Below are positions 1 to 13,719 of a stretch of 64,000 bases of DNA, piece by piece. Origin of the DNA: Eledone cirrhosa (taxonomy: Eukaryota); the NCBI GenBank assembly GCA_964016885.1, contig OZ024743.1, positions 371,194,001 through 371,258,000 of the forward strand. Reading direction: 5' to 3'. Position numbers and translations under genes: made by a program. Every line of letters begins with the position of its first letter. Position 1 is the first letter of the stretch. Under the pieces are notes generated by a model. The model saw only the letters and a list, made by a program, of their open reading frames with translations. It made no database searches and had not been told where the DNA came from.

Positions 1-800
1 TCAGCCTCATATAGTGGCATTTCCAGGCAGCTTTCTTTTCGGTGTCAGTGAGAGCAAATGAGCCATTGTTGTTTCAAATTCATTTCTCCCAAAGAACATC
101 TCTGCCTTCCTTGACACATTGCCTTGCAACCTTGAACACTTCGCACTTTTGGTCTTCACATATTAATACTTGTTTAAACTTTTCATTGCTGCCTCCGTTT
201 TTCCATTTTTTCATGCCTGTCTTTTGGCTTTAATTGCTAAATCCACCTCGTTATTCCACCAGCAGGTGGTTCTACTGTTCCTTCCTGAGGCCTTGCTCCA
301 CCTACAGATCACATTTGTTGCTTTTAGTAGATTGTCTCTCAGGAACCCCTACTGCTCCTCTATATCATATGCCTCCATTTCTTCTTCCTTGCCATCAAAG
401 GCATCAAGTAGGAGTCTCCTGAATTTGTTATGAGCTTGGCGCCCCTTCAGCTTCCATATCCTTCTCCAGGGTGTTTTCTGACTCTAAAGACGCCTCCAAG
501 CCCAGACCCGTTACCTTTCCCAAAGAACTTGAAGCGTTATTTTCTGCCTACTAGGAGTCTGGTTGATTCTCCTCTCCACCTGGTCTCTTGTATACAACAC
601 ACTTGACCTACCTTTCAGCATCCCTAAGTTGATGGTTGCCACTCTGAAGTCACGAGTGGGGCATACAGCTTTGAAGGTGGTGGGTGACATCTTTATGCCA
701 GTTATCTGTGCTCAGTTTGGCATTTGTATCATGACCTTGTTCGTTATTGATATTACTTGCTGGTCAACGCTATTTGCATGTGTTAGTGGTTGCTAAATTA
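1..800 (-). mobile_element. Decayed 5' part of an RTE-clade LINE (APE start and linker, internally deleted)
   Basis: Minus-strand reading gives RVATINLGMLKGRS (APE motif I, ~606-648), TCWWNNEVDLAIKAK and AWKCHY, matching the intact RTE ORFs elsewhere in the window; stops and deletions present. Confidence 0.8.
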
Positions 801-1128
801 ACTATAGGGTTATTTTGTGGGAGGGGGTTGTAAGGATTAGAAGATGATTGCTTCCATGGATGTGGAGGTGTGTGCATGATGTGGTTAGGTTTATATGGCC
901 GTCTTGAGACGTTTTTATGGCTATAGACTACACGTGTTATGATTAAAATATTGTAAATAACTATTTACTTAAACAATATGACAAAATAAACATACAAAAA
1001 TAATTAATGACAAAATAAATAAATATGTATGTATTATGTTACAATGTTAAAATAATTTGTATTTTTTAAGGAAATCAAAAGATTGTTTGTTTCTTTTTTA
1101 AAAGTTAGAGATTCTTGCTTACTATGTA

Positions 1129-1182
<54 letters not shown>

Positions 1183-1225
1183 GAGGTTATATTTAATTTG
1201 TTGGGATTCAACAAGCTTAAAAATG

Positions 1226-1259
<34 letters not shown>

Positions 1260-1264
1260 TATAT

Positions 1265-1563
1265 CACCCTACCATCTCCACCTTTTGACTTGACCACTTC
1301 CTGTTGCGCGTGCCCCACAACTTTCTACTTCCTCCTCACCATTTCCACGGAACCTACCTAGAGTTTACACGCTCGGATATCTACAAGATTACTGCCTGGA
1401 TTTGCGGCATCATTCTACACACACACCGGAAAACCATTCTGGAACATAAACACACATAAATACTTACACCATTTTCGCACACACACACGTGTGTATCTTC
1501 ACATACACCCACTCCGCCTCCAGATTCCACACGCTCTACCTCACCCCGTCGACCGCTCTCCAT

Positions 1564-1602
<39 letters not shown>

Positions 1603-2036
1603 GACTTGCACTCCACCCCAACGTACAAAATGGTTTTCCAAAACCCAAGCCTGCAACCCTGCTCTCCCCCAGACTCTCACACTTACATCCACGCATACAC
1701 ACACACACCCCTCACCTTCCACCCTCCCCGCTCAGACTTCTTTTTCCTTCCAACCCTCTCTCTCTCTCCCTCCATCCACCCCTCACGCACCACAACCTCT
1801 ACACGCCTCACATCTTTTCACCACTTGTTTTTAACTTTTATTTTCCAACTCGTGTTTCATTTTTATTTTTATTTTTTCCACTAACTCCCTCCTCACTCCC
1901 TCTCGGAGTTCCTTCTTCTTCTCCTTCCCACCACTCTCCTGATGAAGGGCTTATACCCGAAACGTCGTACCCATATCCCCCACTCTCACTAAGCGTGAAC
2001 TTAATACTTTGTGTAACTTGTACCCCTGTGTTTCCT
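1265..2036 (+). mobile_element. Degenerate Penelope-like element 3' fragment
   Basis: Lies between TA tracts, has a pyrimidine-rich 3' region and ends shortly after a PLE-type hammerhead motif; no clear ORF. Confidence 0.55.
1935..1970 (+). ncRNA. Minimal type-I hammerhead ribozyme motif (PLE type)
   Basis: CTGATGA-A-GGG-cttata-CCC-GAAAC-GTC; core and stem II intact, stem I weak. Confidence 0.7.
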
Positions 2037-2078
2037 ATATATATATATATGTGTGTGTACATATTTATATGTACATAT

Positions 2079-2290
2079 ATCATCATCAACGTTTAACATC
2101 TATCTTCCACGGTAGCATGAGTTGGACGGGTTTGTCCCATAAGAGACAAGTTGGGTCGGATGACTGTTTCTCGTTTTCTACAGCTGGATGCCCTGCCTAA
2201 TGTCAACCGCATTTACAGTGTGTGGTGGGTGCTTTTTGCCGTGTCCTACATAACCACTTTACAGTGTGGGCTGGATGTTTTGTGGTACCA
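2079..2290 (-). mobile_element. Old RTE 3'UTR or RTE-tailed SINE fragment
   Basis: (CAT)n tail, terminal aacgtttaac...gcatg...gacggg and the ctacagctggatgccc motif shared with RTE 3'UTRs in this window. Confidence 0.75.
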
Positions 2291-2300
2291 ACATAATATA

Positions 2301-2356
<56 letters not shown>

Positions 2357-2479
2357 CAAGATGTATGGTAGGTCGTATGTGAATCGCGATGATCACGTCT
2401 GACCTACCAAATATGTGACGGTAGCTAGTTAAGCTCTATGCGTATAAGCAGAGCAGAAATATTAGTGAAAAAGAACAAA

Positions 2480-3900
2480 GGAACTATTATGACATTATAA
2501 CAAGTTTATTGCCGACAGCCGTTTTGTCCGACCATATGGTGGGACTTTTCAAGGCATATAACATGTAATTGTAAGATCATTATTTACATCAACGTATCAC
2601 TCAAGACTACCAGTTTGAAATTGTGGTATACATCAGCAGCTCCGCTTGTATAGTTGGGGTCTATATTATAAGGGGGCTCTTTTATATTAGTTGTCGGGGT
2701 CAGGGATTGAAGGTTAAAAATTAGATAATATATAATTTATGCATTAAAAATAAAGATTAAATTAGAAGACTTGGGATCCCGTAGAAGCACCTTAAAAAAT
2801 CCCTCAATAAGTGCATAAAGCTTACAGGCTCCAATAAACCTAATAAACTAGAAGAAATTAAGAGGCTAAATAAAATAAAAAAATAAAAATATAGAGTTTC
2901 CCGAAAAATATAAAGTTTGCTAAGAAATTCCTTCGATAGAAAAAAATTTTTTTCAAAAGAAAAAAACTTTCTTCCCCCGAGATCACGTTAACAAATTTCA
3001 GAAAACTTACGAGGTTTTGATATTCCCTACTAAGTTGAAAGAAACTAATCAATTAAAGGTTAATTCAAAGAGCCTTCAATAAATCTCTCAGAAAAGGCCT
3101 CTTTAATATTTTTAATAGGAGCTTCCTCCGAGAGACCCTTCGAAGAATTAAAATTTTAGAGAGCCTTTAAGGATATATATAAACGAATTGAGGAAAATTA
3201 TAAATTAAAAGTTAAAAATTACGGTATTTGGGATATCCGAGGAATTTTCAAAGGGTTGCTTCAACAGATACAACTTAGGCATAATAGATAAAATAATTTA
3301 AGTAATTTAAGTAATTTAATTAGGGAGCAATTCAAAGAGTTTATCAAGTTGGGCAAGAATAAAGAAAGTGGTAAATAAGAAAATACATAAGCAAAAAGAC
3401 AATAATTATAAAATGTATTTTTAAGAAGGTATAAGGTAGCTTCAGTAATCTAATGTACTATCAAAAAATGAAGGATTAACAAAGACATAATAATATATTC
3501 CTGCCTAATTAACAAGTAATCAATACACTATTAACAGTCAGGCAAAATTAGCTCAGGGATATCCCACGCTCGGATACTTTACACACATACAGCAACACAT
3601 AGGATTAACACAGACTTAATGTTATATTCCTGCCTAATTAACAAACAATCAATTAACAATTGATGGTCAAGGAAATGTACTCAGGGATATCCCATGCACG
3701 GATACTTTACACACATACAGCAGGATGAACAATACAGGTGACCTTGTGGGTGCGATATCCATTATGCGTATGTAGTCATCTGCATAGCTCCAGGCACAGT
3801 TGGTCTTGTTTAAAAGTTCATAGTCCACGGATCAACTGTGATTCACTATCAGCTGTGTGGACTCTCTGGGAAATGTACCTGTGGATCAAATAGCTAGTGG
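2480..3900 (-). mobile_element. Degenerate PLE-like segment with hammerhead-like motif (2511-2555) and an internal ~127-bp tandem duplication (~3470-3722)
   Basis: Minus strand: gcc-TTGAAAA-GTCC..GGAC-AAAAC-ggct-GTC-ggc followed by AATAAA; core is mutated and there is no intact ORF. Confidence 0.45.
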
Positions 3901-4120
3901 TTGCTGGGTGTGGTCCGTTACCAGTAGCACACAAGAGTGACCCGACATATATACATACATATATACATACATATACATACATCTATATACATATATATAT
4001 ACATACGTCTATACATATATATATACATACATATATATACATATATATATATACATATATATATATACATACATCTATATACATATACATATATATACAT
4101 ACATCTATATACATATATAT

Positions 4121-4690
4121 ATGGTGGCTGCCAACTAGTTTTCGAGTATGGCCACTACTTTATATCCATGTAGGAGAACCCCTACCGATGCGCTGAACAC
4201 ACATATATGCATATATACATACACACATATATACATGGTGGCTGCCAACTCGTTTTCAAGTATGGCCACTACTTTATATCCATGTAGGAGAACCCCTACC
4301 GATGCGCTGAACAAGTGTGACTTTTTAGTCCAGCCAACGACTTGAAATCTCTGGTACAAACACTACACTTGTGACAATTATTGACACATAGTGCTGGGCC
4401 CATGGTACCATGTGACGACAAGTGCAGAGAGATCTCCAAATATAAAGCAATGGCTGTGCCGTGAAGCTTTTATAGTGAGCAAAGGCACTGCACAAAGCCA
4501 GTCCCACTCTCTTAACCAAGATGATATTTGCCAAAAAGAACAAGTCAACATCATTGGATACCATCAGAGTTTTCCTTCTCCTAGAATTCTGCCTTGACAA
4601 AGGCTAAGGGGTCATCTCTCCCATTAAGATCCCGTTAAGGGTGAAAGCAGCGATTCTTTGCTTAAACTTTAATCTGTTATTTTAATAAAT
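4121..4690 (+). mobile_element. Degenerate PLE 3' fragment (GIY-YIG C-terminus remnant)
   Basis: ORF 4391-4597 contains LCREAFI...SLNQD, typical of a PLE endonuclease end; followed by CTTGACAAAG...GAAAGC (degenerate hammerhead-like) and AATAAA. 4121-4199 is duplicated at 4235-4313. Confidence 0.5.
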
Positions 4691-4717
4691 ATATATATAT
4701 ATACATACATATATATA

Positions 4718-5997
4718 TCATCATCATCATCATCATCATCAACGTTTAACGTCCGTGTTCCACGCTTGCATGGGTTTGGACGGGGGTTTTCCCACTTGAG
4801 GCAAGAGTGATTGTCTTGCTCGCATAGGACTGTCTGGCGGGTTTTCTACAGCTGGATGCCCTTCCTAACACCAACCACATTTACAGTGTGGGTCTGGGAG
4901 GTTTTTACCGTGTTGCCTACACGGCCACATTACAGCGTGGACTGTGTGTGTTTTTTTTGTTGTGACACCTACACGATCTCATTTGTTTCGGCCTGGATGG
5001 TGTGGCACCAACATAACTTTACATAGAAAGGGGCGGTGTGGATGGGGTGGGGTTGGTGGGACGGGGGTGTATTTTGTTAGAGATGCCTACTGACTGTAGT
5101 AGGTTTTACTATGTATTTAGGTAAGGCGGGTCTTCTCTATTACTGAGTACCGCCAAAGGTCTCAGTCCAGTGACATTGTCTTGGAGAGGTGTAAGTGTGT
5201 GAGGTCGGAATTTATCAGCTCGTCCCAGGTTTTTCTGGGTCTGCTTATTCTGTGGCTACTGTCTATCTTTATTGCCCTGCACTTTGTTATACAGCTATCG
5301 TCTTTCATGCGCATCACGTGTCCATACCAACGTAGCCTTCTCTCGAGTAAACAACATCTGATCCCTCTTATTTCTAATTTTTTCCTTAGTTCGTTTATGC
5401 TTTGCCGTTCACGTATATTACTATTACACATCTAGCGGAGCATGCAAGCTTCGTTCCTCTCTAGTCTGTGTATATCCTCTGCACACAATGCCCAGGTCTC
5501 ACTGCCATGCAACATTGCTGTTCGTATGCAGGCATCATACAACCTGCCTTTCATTTTTAGGGAGAACCCTTTAGCGGCTAATAGTGGTATAAGCTCTCTG
5601 AACTTTTTCCATCCAGTTCTGACTCTAGCTACTGTACTTTCAGAGTACCCTCCCCCACTGGTGATTTTGTCACCCAGGTAACGGAAGCTGTCCACTATTT
5701 CTATAGAGCCCTCTGCGCAATTGAAAGAGCTAGTATTTTGTGGGCACTTGCTGCTACTTATTGCACCAGAGCACCGGCCACATGTGAAATCTATGTTCTT
5801 AGTTAGCTTACCTGTGATCCCACTACATCTTTTATGCACCCATACTTTGCATTTCTGACACAAAATGGAGTTTCTATCTACGCCTTTCCTACACACTGAG
5901 CATGGCCACTTCCCGGAAGGGACCGCCGCCTTATTTTCTTTCCTACAAACTAGAACTTTGGTCTTAGCCAGGTTAATTTTAAGGCCTTTTGATTCTA
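4718..5997 (-). mobile_element. RTE LINE family A, 5'-truncated
   Basis: ORFs 5432-5997 and 5162-5431 (post-RT PHD finger, thumb, RRLRWYGHV), ~400-bp 3'UTR, (GAT)n tail; both ends in TA tracts. Confidence 0.95.
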
Positions 5998-6025
5998 TAT
6001 GTGTATATATATATATATATGTATG

Positions 6026-6094
<69 letters not shown>

Positions 6095-6137
6095 TGTGTG
6101 TTTCTTATTGGCAACATGACCCTCCCAAAGTATAACA
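6095..6137 (+). mobile_element. 43-bp extreme 3' stub of the PLE family at 28846-30367
   Basis: tgtgtgtttcttattggcaacatgaccctcccaaagtataaca matches the reverse complement of 28846-28890; flanked by TA tracts. Confidence 0.85.
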
Positions 6138-6184
6138 ATATATATATATATACATATGTATATATACATACGTATATGTGAATA

Positions 6185-6506
6185 TACAAAAATCTGTTAT
6201 ACTTTCAACGTTAAAAAACACGTGTTATTTCAAGTTGTTTCACTATATTAAGAGTTAATTTTCACGCTTAAAGGCTTTATCTTGCAGTAATCTCGAATTG
6301 AGGAAATTTCGATGACGTTAATGTTTATTTTATAAATAAAACATGGTTTGGAGTATATATCGCAACGATGAAGTAATTTCAATTATCATAAAAAATAGTA
6401 GTTTGACGGTCCAAATTTCAGTGCGACCTATCTACGAGTCAATGGCAAATAGGCTATTTGTTAAATGAAAAGTAGGTGTGCGTCCTATACGCGAGTATAT
6501 ACGGTA
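6185..6506. mobile_element. One end of a Tc1/pogo-like non-autonomous DNA transposon
   Basis: Ends ...TATACGCGAGTATATACGG|TA, i.e. a TA|CCGTATATACTCGCG-type TIR, with a sub-terminal repeat gcgacctatctacgag; the partner TIR is not seen. Confidence 0.55.
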
Positions 6507-6534
6507 TGTATATATATATATGTATATATATATA

Positions 6535-9305
6535 TCATCATCATTATCTTCGTTTAACGTCCATTTTCCACGCTAGCATGGGTTAGATGGGAGTTGTGCC
6601 ACTTGAGGCAAGGTTGGTCGGGTGACCATGTCTCGCTCGTATATAGGACTATCTGGCAGGTTTTCTATGGCTGGATGCCCTTCCTAACACCAACCACATT
6701 TACAGTGTGGAACTGGGAACTTTTTACCGTGTTACCTACACGGCCACATTACAGCGTGGACTGTGTGTGTATTTTGTTGTGACACCTACACGATCTCGAT
6801 CTCATTATCTCGTGCTGTTGGTGGGAGTTGGAGGATAGGGTAGGGGTAGTGGATTGGGGTGTATATTTGGTTAAGAGGTGCCTATTGACTAGGTTTCGCT
6901 TTGTACATAGGCAAGGCGGGTCTTCTGTATTACTGCGTAGCGCCAAAGATCTCGGTCCAGAGATCATCCCAGGTTTTTCTGGGTCTACCTACTCCGTAAC
7001 TACCATCAATTTTGATCACCCTGCACTTTTTTATGCAGCTGTCGTCTTTCATGCGCATCACGTGGCCATACCAACGTAGTCTTCTCTCAAGTAAACAGCA
7101 TCTGATCCCTCTCATTCCTAATTTCTCACTTAGTTCATTTATGCTTTACCGTTCACGTATATTACTATTACACATCCAACGGAGCATGCATGCTTCGTTC
7201 CTTTCCAGTCTACGCAGGTCCTCTGCACATAATGCCCATGTCTCACTGCCATGTAGCATTGCTGTTCATATACAGGCATCATACAATCTGCCTTTCATTT
7301 TTAGAGAGAAACCTTTTGTGGCCAACAGCGGTATAAGCTCTCTGAACTTTTTCCATCCCATTCTGACTCTGGCTACTGTACTTTCAGAACACCCTCCACC
7401 ACTGCTGATTTTGTCACCCAGGTAACGGAAAGTGTCTACCATTCCATAGAACCATCTGGGCAATAGAAGGAGCTAGTATCCTTTGGACACTTGCTACTTA
7501 TTGCACCTGAGCATTGGCCACATATAAAGTCTACGTTCTTAGATAGTTTACCTGTGATCCCACTACATCTTTTATGAACCCATACTTTGCATTTAGGACA
7601 TAAAATGGAATTTCTGCCTACGCCTTTCCTACACACTGAGCATGGCCATTTCCCTGAGGGCACCTGTGCCCTATTTTCCTTTCTACAAACTAGAACTTTA
7701 GTCTTAGACAAGTTAACTTTAAGGCCTTTTGATTCTAGGCCATGCTTCCATGTTTTGAATTTCTTCTCTAGTTCAGCCATTGATTCAGCTATGAGCGTTA
7801 GATCATCTGTGTATAGAAGTTCCCATGGGCAGCCGGTCTTGAACTCCTCTGTTATAGCCTGAAGGGCAATAATAAATAAGAGGGGGCTAAGGACAGAGTC
7901 TTGATGAACGCCAACTTTTACACTAAATTCTTCACAATATTCATTGTTAATTCTAACCTTACTGACTGTTTCATTATACATAGCTTGTATAGCTCTCACA
8001 AGCCATTCATCTACACCTAGTTTTCTAAGAGCCCACCAGATAATGAAGCGGGGGACTCTGTCAAAGGCTTTCTCTAGGTCTACAAAAGCTAAGTAGAGGG
8101 GTTTACTTTTAGCTAGGTACTTCTCTTGTAGTTGTCGTACAAGGAAAAGAGCGTCTGTGGTACTTTTACCTGACACAAACCCAAACTGCATTTCATCTAG
8201 ATCAATTCGCTCTCTGATTAGTTGTGCTATAACTCTTTCTGTGACCTTCATGACGTGGTCAACTAACTTAATACCTCTATAGTTTCCCCTATCTAGAGCA
8301 TCCCCTTTACCCTTGTAGCAGTTAATGATGATGCTGCTACGCCAGTCTTTCAGTATGACCCCATTCTGTATTATTTGGTTAACTATACGGGTGACCATAG
8401 TGTGTCCCACCATACCAGATGCCTTCAACATCTCAGCAACTATCTCCGAAGGCCCAGCTGCCTTGCCTTACTTATTATACTACCTTTAACTTGCATCGCT
8501 GGTCCTTCTATTGGATCGATTTGGGGCAGACTATCTTTTTCCCATTTATTCTCCTCATTTAATAGTATCTCGTAGTGACACTTCCAGGCTATCTTCTTAT
8601 CAGTATCAGTGAGCACAAGTACACCATTATCATTACGGACACACTTCTCGCCGACAATATCACGGTTTTCCTTGACACATTGTCTAGCAATCCTGAACAC
8701 TTCACGTTTTTGGTCCTCACGTTTTAGAACATGCTTGAACTTTCTATACTCTGCTACCCTTTTTTGCAAGGTACACTTGTCTCCTAGCTTCTCTACTTCC
8801 TCCATCCTGCCATACTTTCCAAGCCTGCTTTTTGGCCTTGATTATCTCTTCCATCTTACTGTTCCACCACCAAGTTACTCTCCTGCCAATAGGTCTGCTC
8901 CAGCCACAGATTTCATCCGTTGCTTTCAGCAGGTTCACTTTCAAGAATTGCCACTGTTCCTCTATATCTTACGTCTGTAATTGCTCTTCCTTATTGTCAA
9001 AGGCATCAAGTAATAAGCTTTTAAATTTGTCACTGGCTATGGGGTCCTTCAACTTCCATATTCTTCTCCTCAAGGTAGGCCTCCTCTGTCGTCAAGTACG
9101 TCTATTCCTGACTATGAGGTCACTAATTACTAGGCTATGTTGGGAGGTTCATTCTTCACAGGGCTGGGATTTAGTGTTTACAACAGACATTTTGTCCCGT
9201 CTTCTAGTAAGGATATAATCTATCTGGCTGGCGTGTTTCCCTGATCTATAGGTGATCAAGTGGTGTTCACGTTTTTTGAAGTTTGTGTTACAGATAGTTA
9301 GGTTA
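6535..9305 (-). mobile_element. RTE LINE (family A-related subfamily), 5'-truncated in APE, frameshifted
   Basis: ORFs 7436-8431 (RT: [22 protein letters not shown]), 8440-8805 and 9149-9305 (QIDYILTR); (GAT)n tail. Confidence 0.95.
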
Positions 9306-9467
9306 TGTATATATATGTATGTATATATATATGTGTGTGTATATATATGTATATATATATATGTGTGTGTGTATATATATATATATATATCATCAAGTAT
9401 GTATATATATATGTATATATATGTGTGTGTATATATGTATATATATATGTGTGTGTATATATATATG

Positions 9468-9909
9468 TATATTAATAAGAGGAATTCCAACTTTGTCTGA
9501 TTTAATCGTTTTATTTACAATCCTTTAAAATTTATAATGGTATTATAATGAAATAGTATGATAGAATATTAAATGTTAAGTGTTAATTGAACAAGTACTT
9601 TCATGCTTTCGCAATCTTCAGGTTCATAATGTGTGGTGACAGTCATGTTTGCAATTTTCAACTGTAATGAGATGGGTAAATTTTGTACCTTATATACAGT
9701 GAAAAATGGCTCCAGAATGCTAAATCTTGCAAACAGTATTTCGACCAATCGGTGTGTAGTTTCACTGAATTACTAAAGCTGATTGGTTTAGGCGTCACGG
9801 TTGGTTGAGCATGTCTAACGACCACTAATTGATCCTATCCAAAGCATCAATTGTTTTGCTATTTTTAGAAATGATGAAAATAGCATTTTCTAGTAATCAT
9901 CATCATCAA

Positions 9910-9947
<38 letters not shown>

Positions 9948-12263
9948 ACGTTTAACGTCCGTGTTCCATGCTTGCATGGGTTTGGACGGGGGTAGTCCCA
10001 CTTGAGGCAAGAGTGATTGTCTTGCTCGCATAGGACTGTCTGGCAGGTTTTCTACAGTTGGATGCCCTTCCTAACACCAACCACATTTACAGTGTGGGTC
10101 TGGGAGGTTTTTACCGTGTTGCCTACACGGCCACATTACAGCATGGACTGTGTGTTTTTTTGTCGTGACACCTACACGATCTCATTTGTTTCGGCCTGGA
10201 TGGCGCGGCACCAACATAACTTTACATAGAACGGGGTGGTGTGGATGGGGTGGGGGTGGTGGCGGGACGGGGTGTATTTTGTTAGAGATGCCTACTGGCA
10301 AGGCGGGTCTTCTCTGTTACTGAGTACCGCCAAAGGTCTCGGTCCAGTGACATTGTCTTGGAGAGGTGTAAGTGTGTGAGGTCGGAGTTTATCAGCTCAT
10401 CCCAGGTTTTTCTAGGTCTGCCTATTCCGTGGCTACCGTCTATCTTTATTGCCCTGCACTTTGTTATACAGCTATCGACTTTCATGCGCATCACGTGTCC
10501 ATACCAACGCAGCCTTCTTTCGAGTAAACAACATCTGATCCCTCTTATCTCTAATTTTTTCCTTAGTTCGTTTATGCTTTGCCGTTCACGTATATTACTG
10601 TTACACATCCAGCGGAGCATGCAAGCTTCGTTCCTCTCTAGTCTGCGTATATCCTCTGCACACAATGCCCAGGTCTCACTACCATGCAACATTGCTGTTC
10701 GTATGCAGGCATCGTACAACCTGCCTTTCATTTTTAGGGAGAACCTTTTAGCAGCTAATAGTGGTATAAGCTCTCTGAACTTTTTCCAACCAGTTCTGAC
10801 TCTAGCTACAGTACTTTCAGAGCACCCTCCCCCACTGCTGATTTTATCGCCCAGGTAACGGAAGCTGTCCACTATTTCTATATAACACTCTGCGCAATTG
10901 AAAGAGCTAGTATTTTGTGGGCACTTGCTGCTACTTATTGCACCAGAACACCGGCCACATGTAAAATCTATGTTCTTAGTTAGCTTACCTGTGATCCCAC
11001 TACATCTTTTATGCACCCATACTTTGCATTTAGGACATAAAATGGAGTTTCTACCTACGCCTTTCCTACACACCGAGCACGACCATTTCCCAGAAGGGAC
11101 CGCCGCCTTGTTTTCTTTCCTACAAACTAGAACTTTGGTCTTAGCCAGGTTAATTTTAAGTCCTTTTGACTCTAGGCCGTGCTTCCATGTTTGGAATTTC
11201 TTCTCTAGCTCGGCCATTGATTCCGCTATGAGTGTCAGGTCGTCTGCGTATAGGAGTTCCCATGGGCAGCCTGTCTTGAACTCCTCTGTTATAGCCTGAA
11301 GGGCAATAATAAATAGTAGGGGGCTGAGAACAGAGCCCTGATGGACGCCAACTTTTACGCTAAACTCTTCACTATATTCGTTGTTAATTCTAACCTTGCT
11401 GACTGTTTCTTTATACATGGCTTGTATAGCCCTCACAAGCCATTCGTCAACGCCTACTTTTCTAAGAGCCCACCAGATAATGGAGCCACTTTTATTATTA
11501 TTATTATTGTTGTTGTTGTTGTTGTTAGTGGTCGTAATCATAGTCATAGTAGAAGTAATACCCCTAAGCATTATTATTGTTCATTTAGCTTGGGTTTGAA
11601 TTTATCAATAAAATTCTTTTCTTACGCCGGTCAATATATGAAAACAAAAACTGGAAAAATATTCCCAAATGCAAATATGAACTGCAAAAGCAGAATCTAA
11701 TTTACTGCATTAAATGCCCGAATTGTGAAGAACTATATGTCGGTCAAACTGGAAATGCACTATCAGAACGTGCACGGGTACACCATCAGCAAATCAGAGA
11801 CCCAAATGTCCGTCAGATACCCCTAAGTAACCATCTAGCAACATGTGGTGAGGGAATATTTATAATATTCCCATTCTACAAATTACACAGCCTAAGTGAA
11901 ATCAAAGAAAAGAATTTATGTCGTTAGACATGCTCAACCAACCGTGACGTCTAAACCAATCAGCTTTAGTAATTCAGTGAAACTACACACCGATTGGTCG
12001 AAATACAGTTTGCAAGATTTAGCATTCTGGAGCCATTTTTCACTGTATATAAGGTACAAAATTTACCCATCTCATTACAGTTGAAAATTGCAAACATGAC
12101 TGTCACCACACATTATGAACCTGAAGATTGCGAAAGCATGAAAGTACTTGTTCAATTAACACTTAACATTTAATATTCTATCATACTATTTCATTATAAA
12201 TTTTAAAGGATTGTAAATAAAACGAGTAAATCAGACAAAGTTGGAATTCCTCTTATTAATATA
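9468..12263. mobile_element. Non-autonomous DNA element with ~350-bp terminal inverted repeats (9468-9822 / 11920-12263), interrupted by an RTE
   Basis: Near-identical inverted arms beginning TATATTAATAAGAGGAATTCC and ending GGAATTCCTCTTATTAATATA; no transposase ORF. Confidence 0.85.
9897..11486 (-). mobile_element. RTE LINE family A, 5'-truncated, open ORF
   Basis: ORF 10282-11486 (QGSVLSP, LLYADD, PHD finger, RRLRWYGHV), 3'UTR and long (GAT)n tail. Confidence 0.97.
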
Positions 12264-13039
12264 ATCTTCCATACACAATCATACACACCCGTGTATATTT
12301 ATCTATCTATATATATATATGTGTGTGTGTGTGTGTATATGAAGGGTTCATTCTCCTGACATGGCTATAAAAATGAGGCTTGTTTGTATAATTCCAAACG
12401 TATCGAATGTTATTATTAATATTCGAGAAACTCAGATTACATTTATATATGTATGTGTATATATATGTATGTATATGTGTATGTGGATATATATATATAT
12501 GTATGTATATGTGTATGTGTATATATATGTATGTATATGTGTATATATATGTATATATATGTGTATATGTATGTATGTGTATATATATATGTATGTATGT
12601 GTATATATATATGTATGTATATATATATATGTGAGTGTATATATATATATATATGTTTTTGTTTATGAGTGTGTGTGTTTGTGAGTTTGTTATGTATGTT
12701 AAGCCTCAGAAAACAATACATCACATTTTGTATATGAATATGTATGTGAGTGTGTGTGTGTGTGCGTGTTAATTAGGTACATTATTAAATACACACACAT
12801 CAAAATGAGGTGAAAAGCTATACGTGTGTCTGTCTTAGTATATGTATAAGAGTGTGTAGCAACAGTTCATTAATTTGGACACTAACAAAAGATTACAAAA
12901 TGAATATTCTTTAACCCTAAGGTGCTTCAAGATTGACAGATTTTCATTTCTAAATTCTATTATCATTACAATTTTGATTTTAAAAAAATATATATATAGA
13001 TATTTTGAAATAATTATGAGGGGAAAAAAACATATCTTC

Positions 13040-13107
13040 ATATTTATTGTTTACTAATCTGAATAAGAACAGCAGTAACCCGTGCAACGCCGGATAATTC
13101 AACTAGT
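13040..13107 (+). mobile_element. Helitron 3' terminus
   Basis: acccgtgcaacgccggataattcaaCTAG|t: GC-rich subterminal hairpin plus CTAG inserted before T. 5' end not located (possibly ~12300). Confidence 0.7.
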
Positions 13108-13149
13108 TTCTTATATATGCACAACACCAGAAAAAATTGTTTGGGGAAA

Positions 13150-13480
13150 GGAATGGTCAATTATATGAACCCGAGCATTTGACTAGTAGTTTGATCCTGG
13201 ATGGATGAAGGGTAAAGTTGACCTCAGTTGAATTCAAACTCAAAAGGCCATAACTAAATACTGCAAGGCACTTTGTCTGGTACTCTAACAATTCTATCAA
13301 TCAATCACCTAATTAGAATTTCTAATTAAGGCACAAGGACGACAATTTTAGGGTAAAAGATAGTCAAATAAATTCCAGTACTTGACTTGTACTTTATTTT
13401 ATCAACCCTGGAAGGATGACAGGCTAAGACCATGGTGGCATTTGAACTCAGAATGTTAAGAGCTAGGATACCTCAACCCT
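13150..13480 (-). mobile_element. Two decayed tRNA-derived SINE copies
   Basis: ggatgaagggtaaagttgacctc...aactca and ggatgacaggctaa...atttgaactcagaa, the reverse complement of the SINE at 16060-16225. Confidence 0.65.
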
Positions 13481-13719
13481 CTAACCATTCTTGTCATTTG
13501 GTGGCCTATATTGGAAAGGTATATTGTTATCATGACAAATTCTTTTGGATTATTTCTGTAAAAAGATGGGAGTAAATATTTGGACTAACCTCAGGCAAAT
13601 CTATGTCTTGAAAAACACAATATTGTTCAAGGTTGCCCTTTTGTCCTTAGTGGTTCATCATACACCAGCTTTGTTGAAACTAAATTGATAATTCCTTCCA
13701 TTATTATTATTCATTTCAG

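Noticed and set aside
4160-4200. HxGExPY-like C2H2 zinc-finger linker
   Set aside because: Needs a frameshift, has no CxxC/HxxxH pair, and fits a decayed GIY-YIG remnant better.
10358-11299. Recurrent antisense ORFs (MERCKC..., MKELVF...) in RTE copies
   Set aside because: Shadow frames repeated only because the copies are nearly identical.
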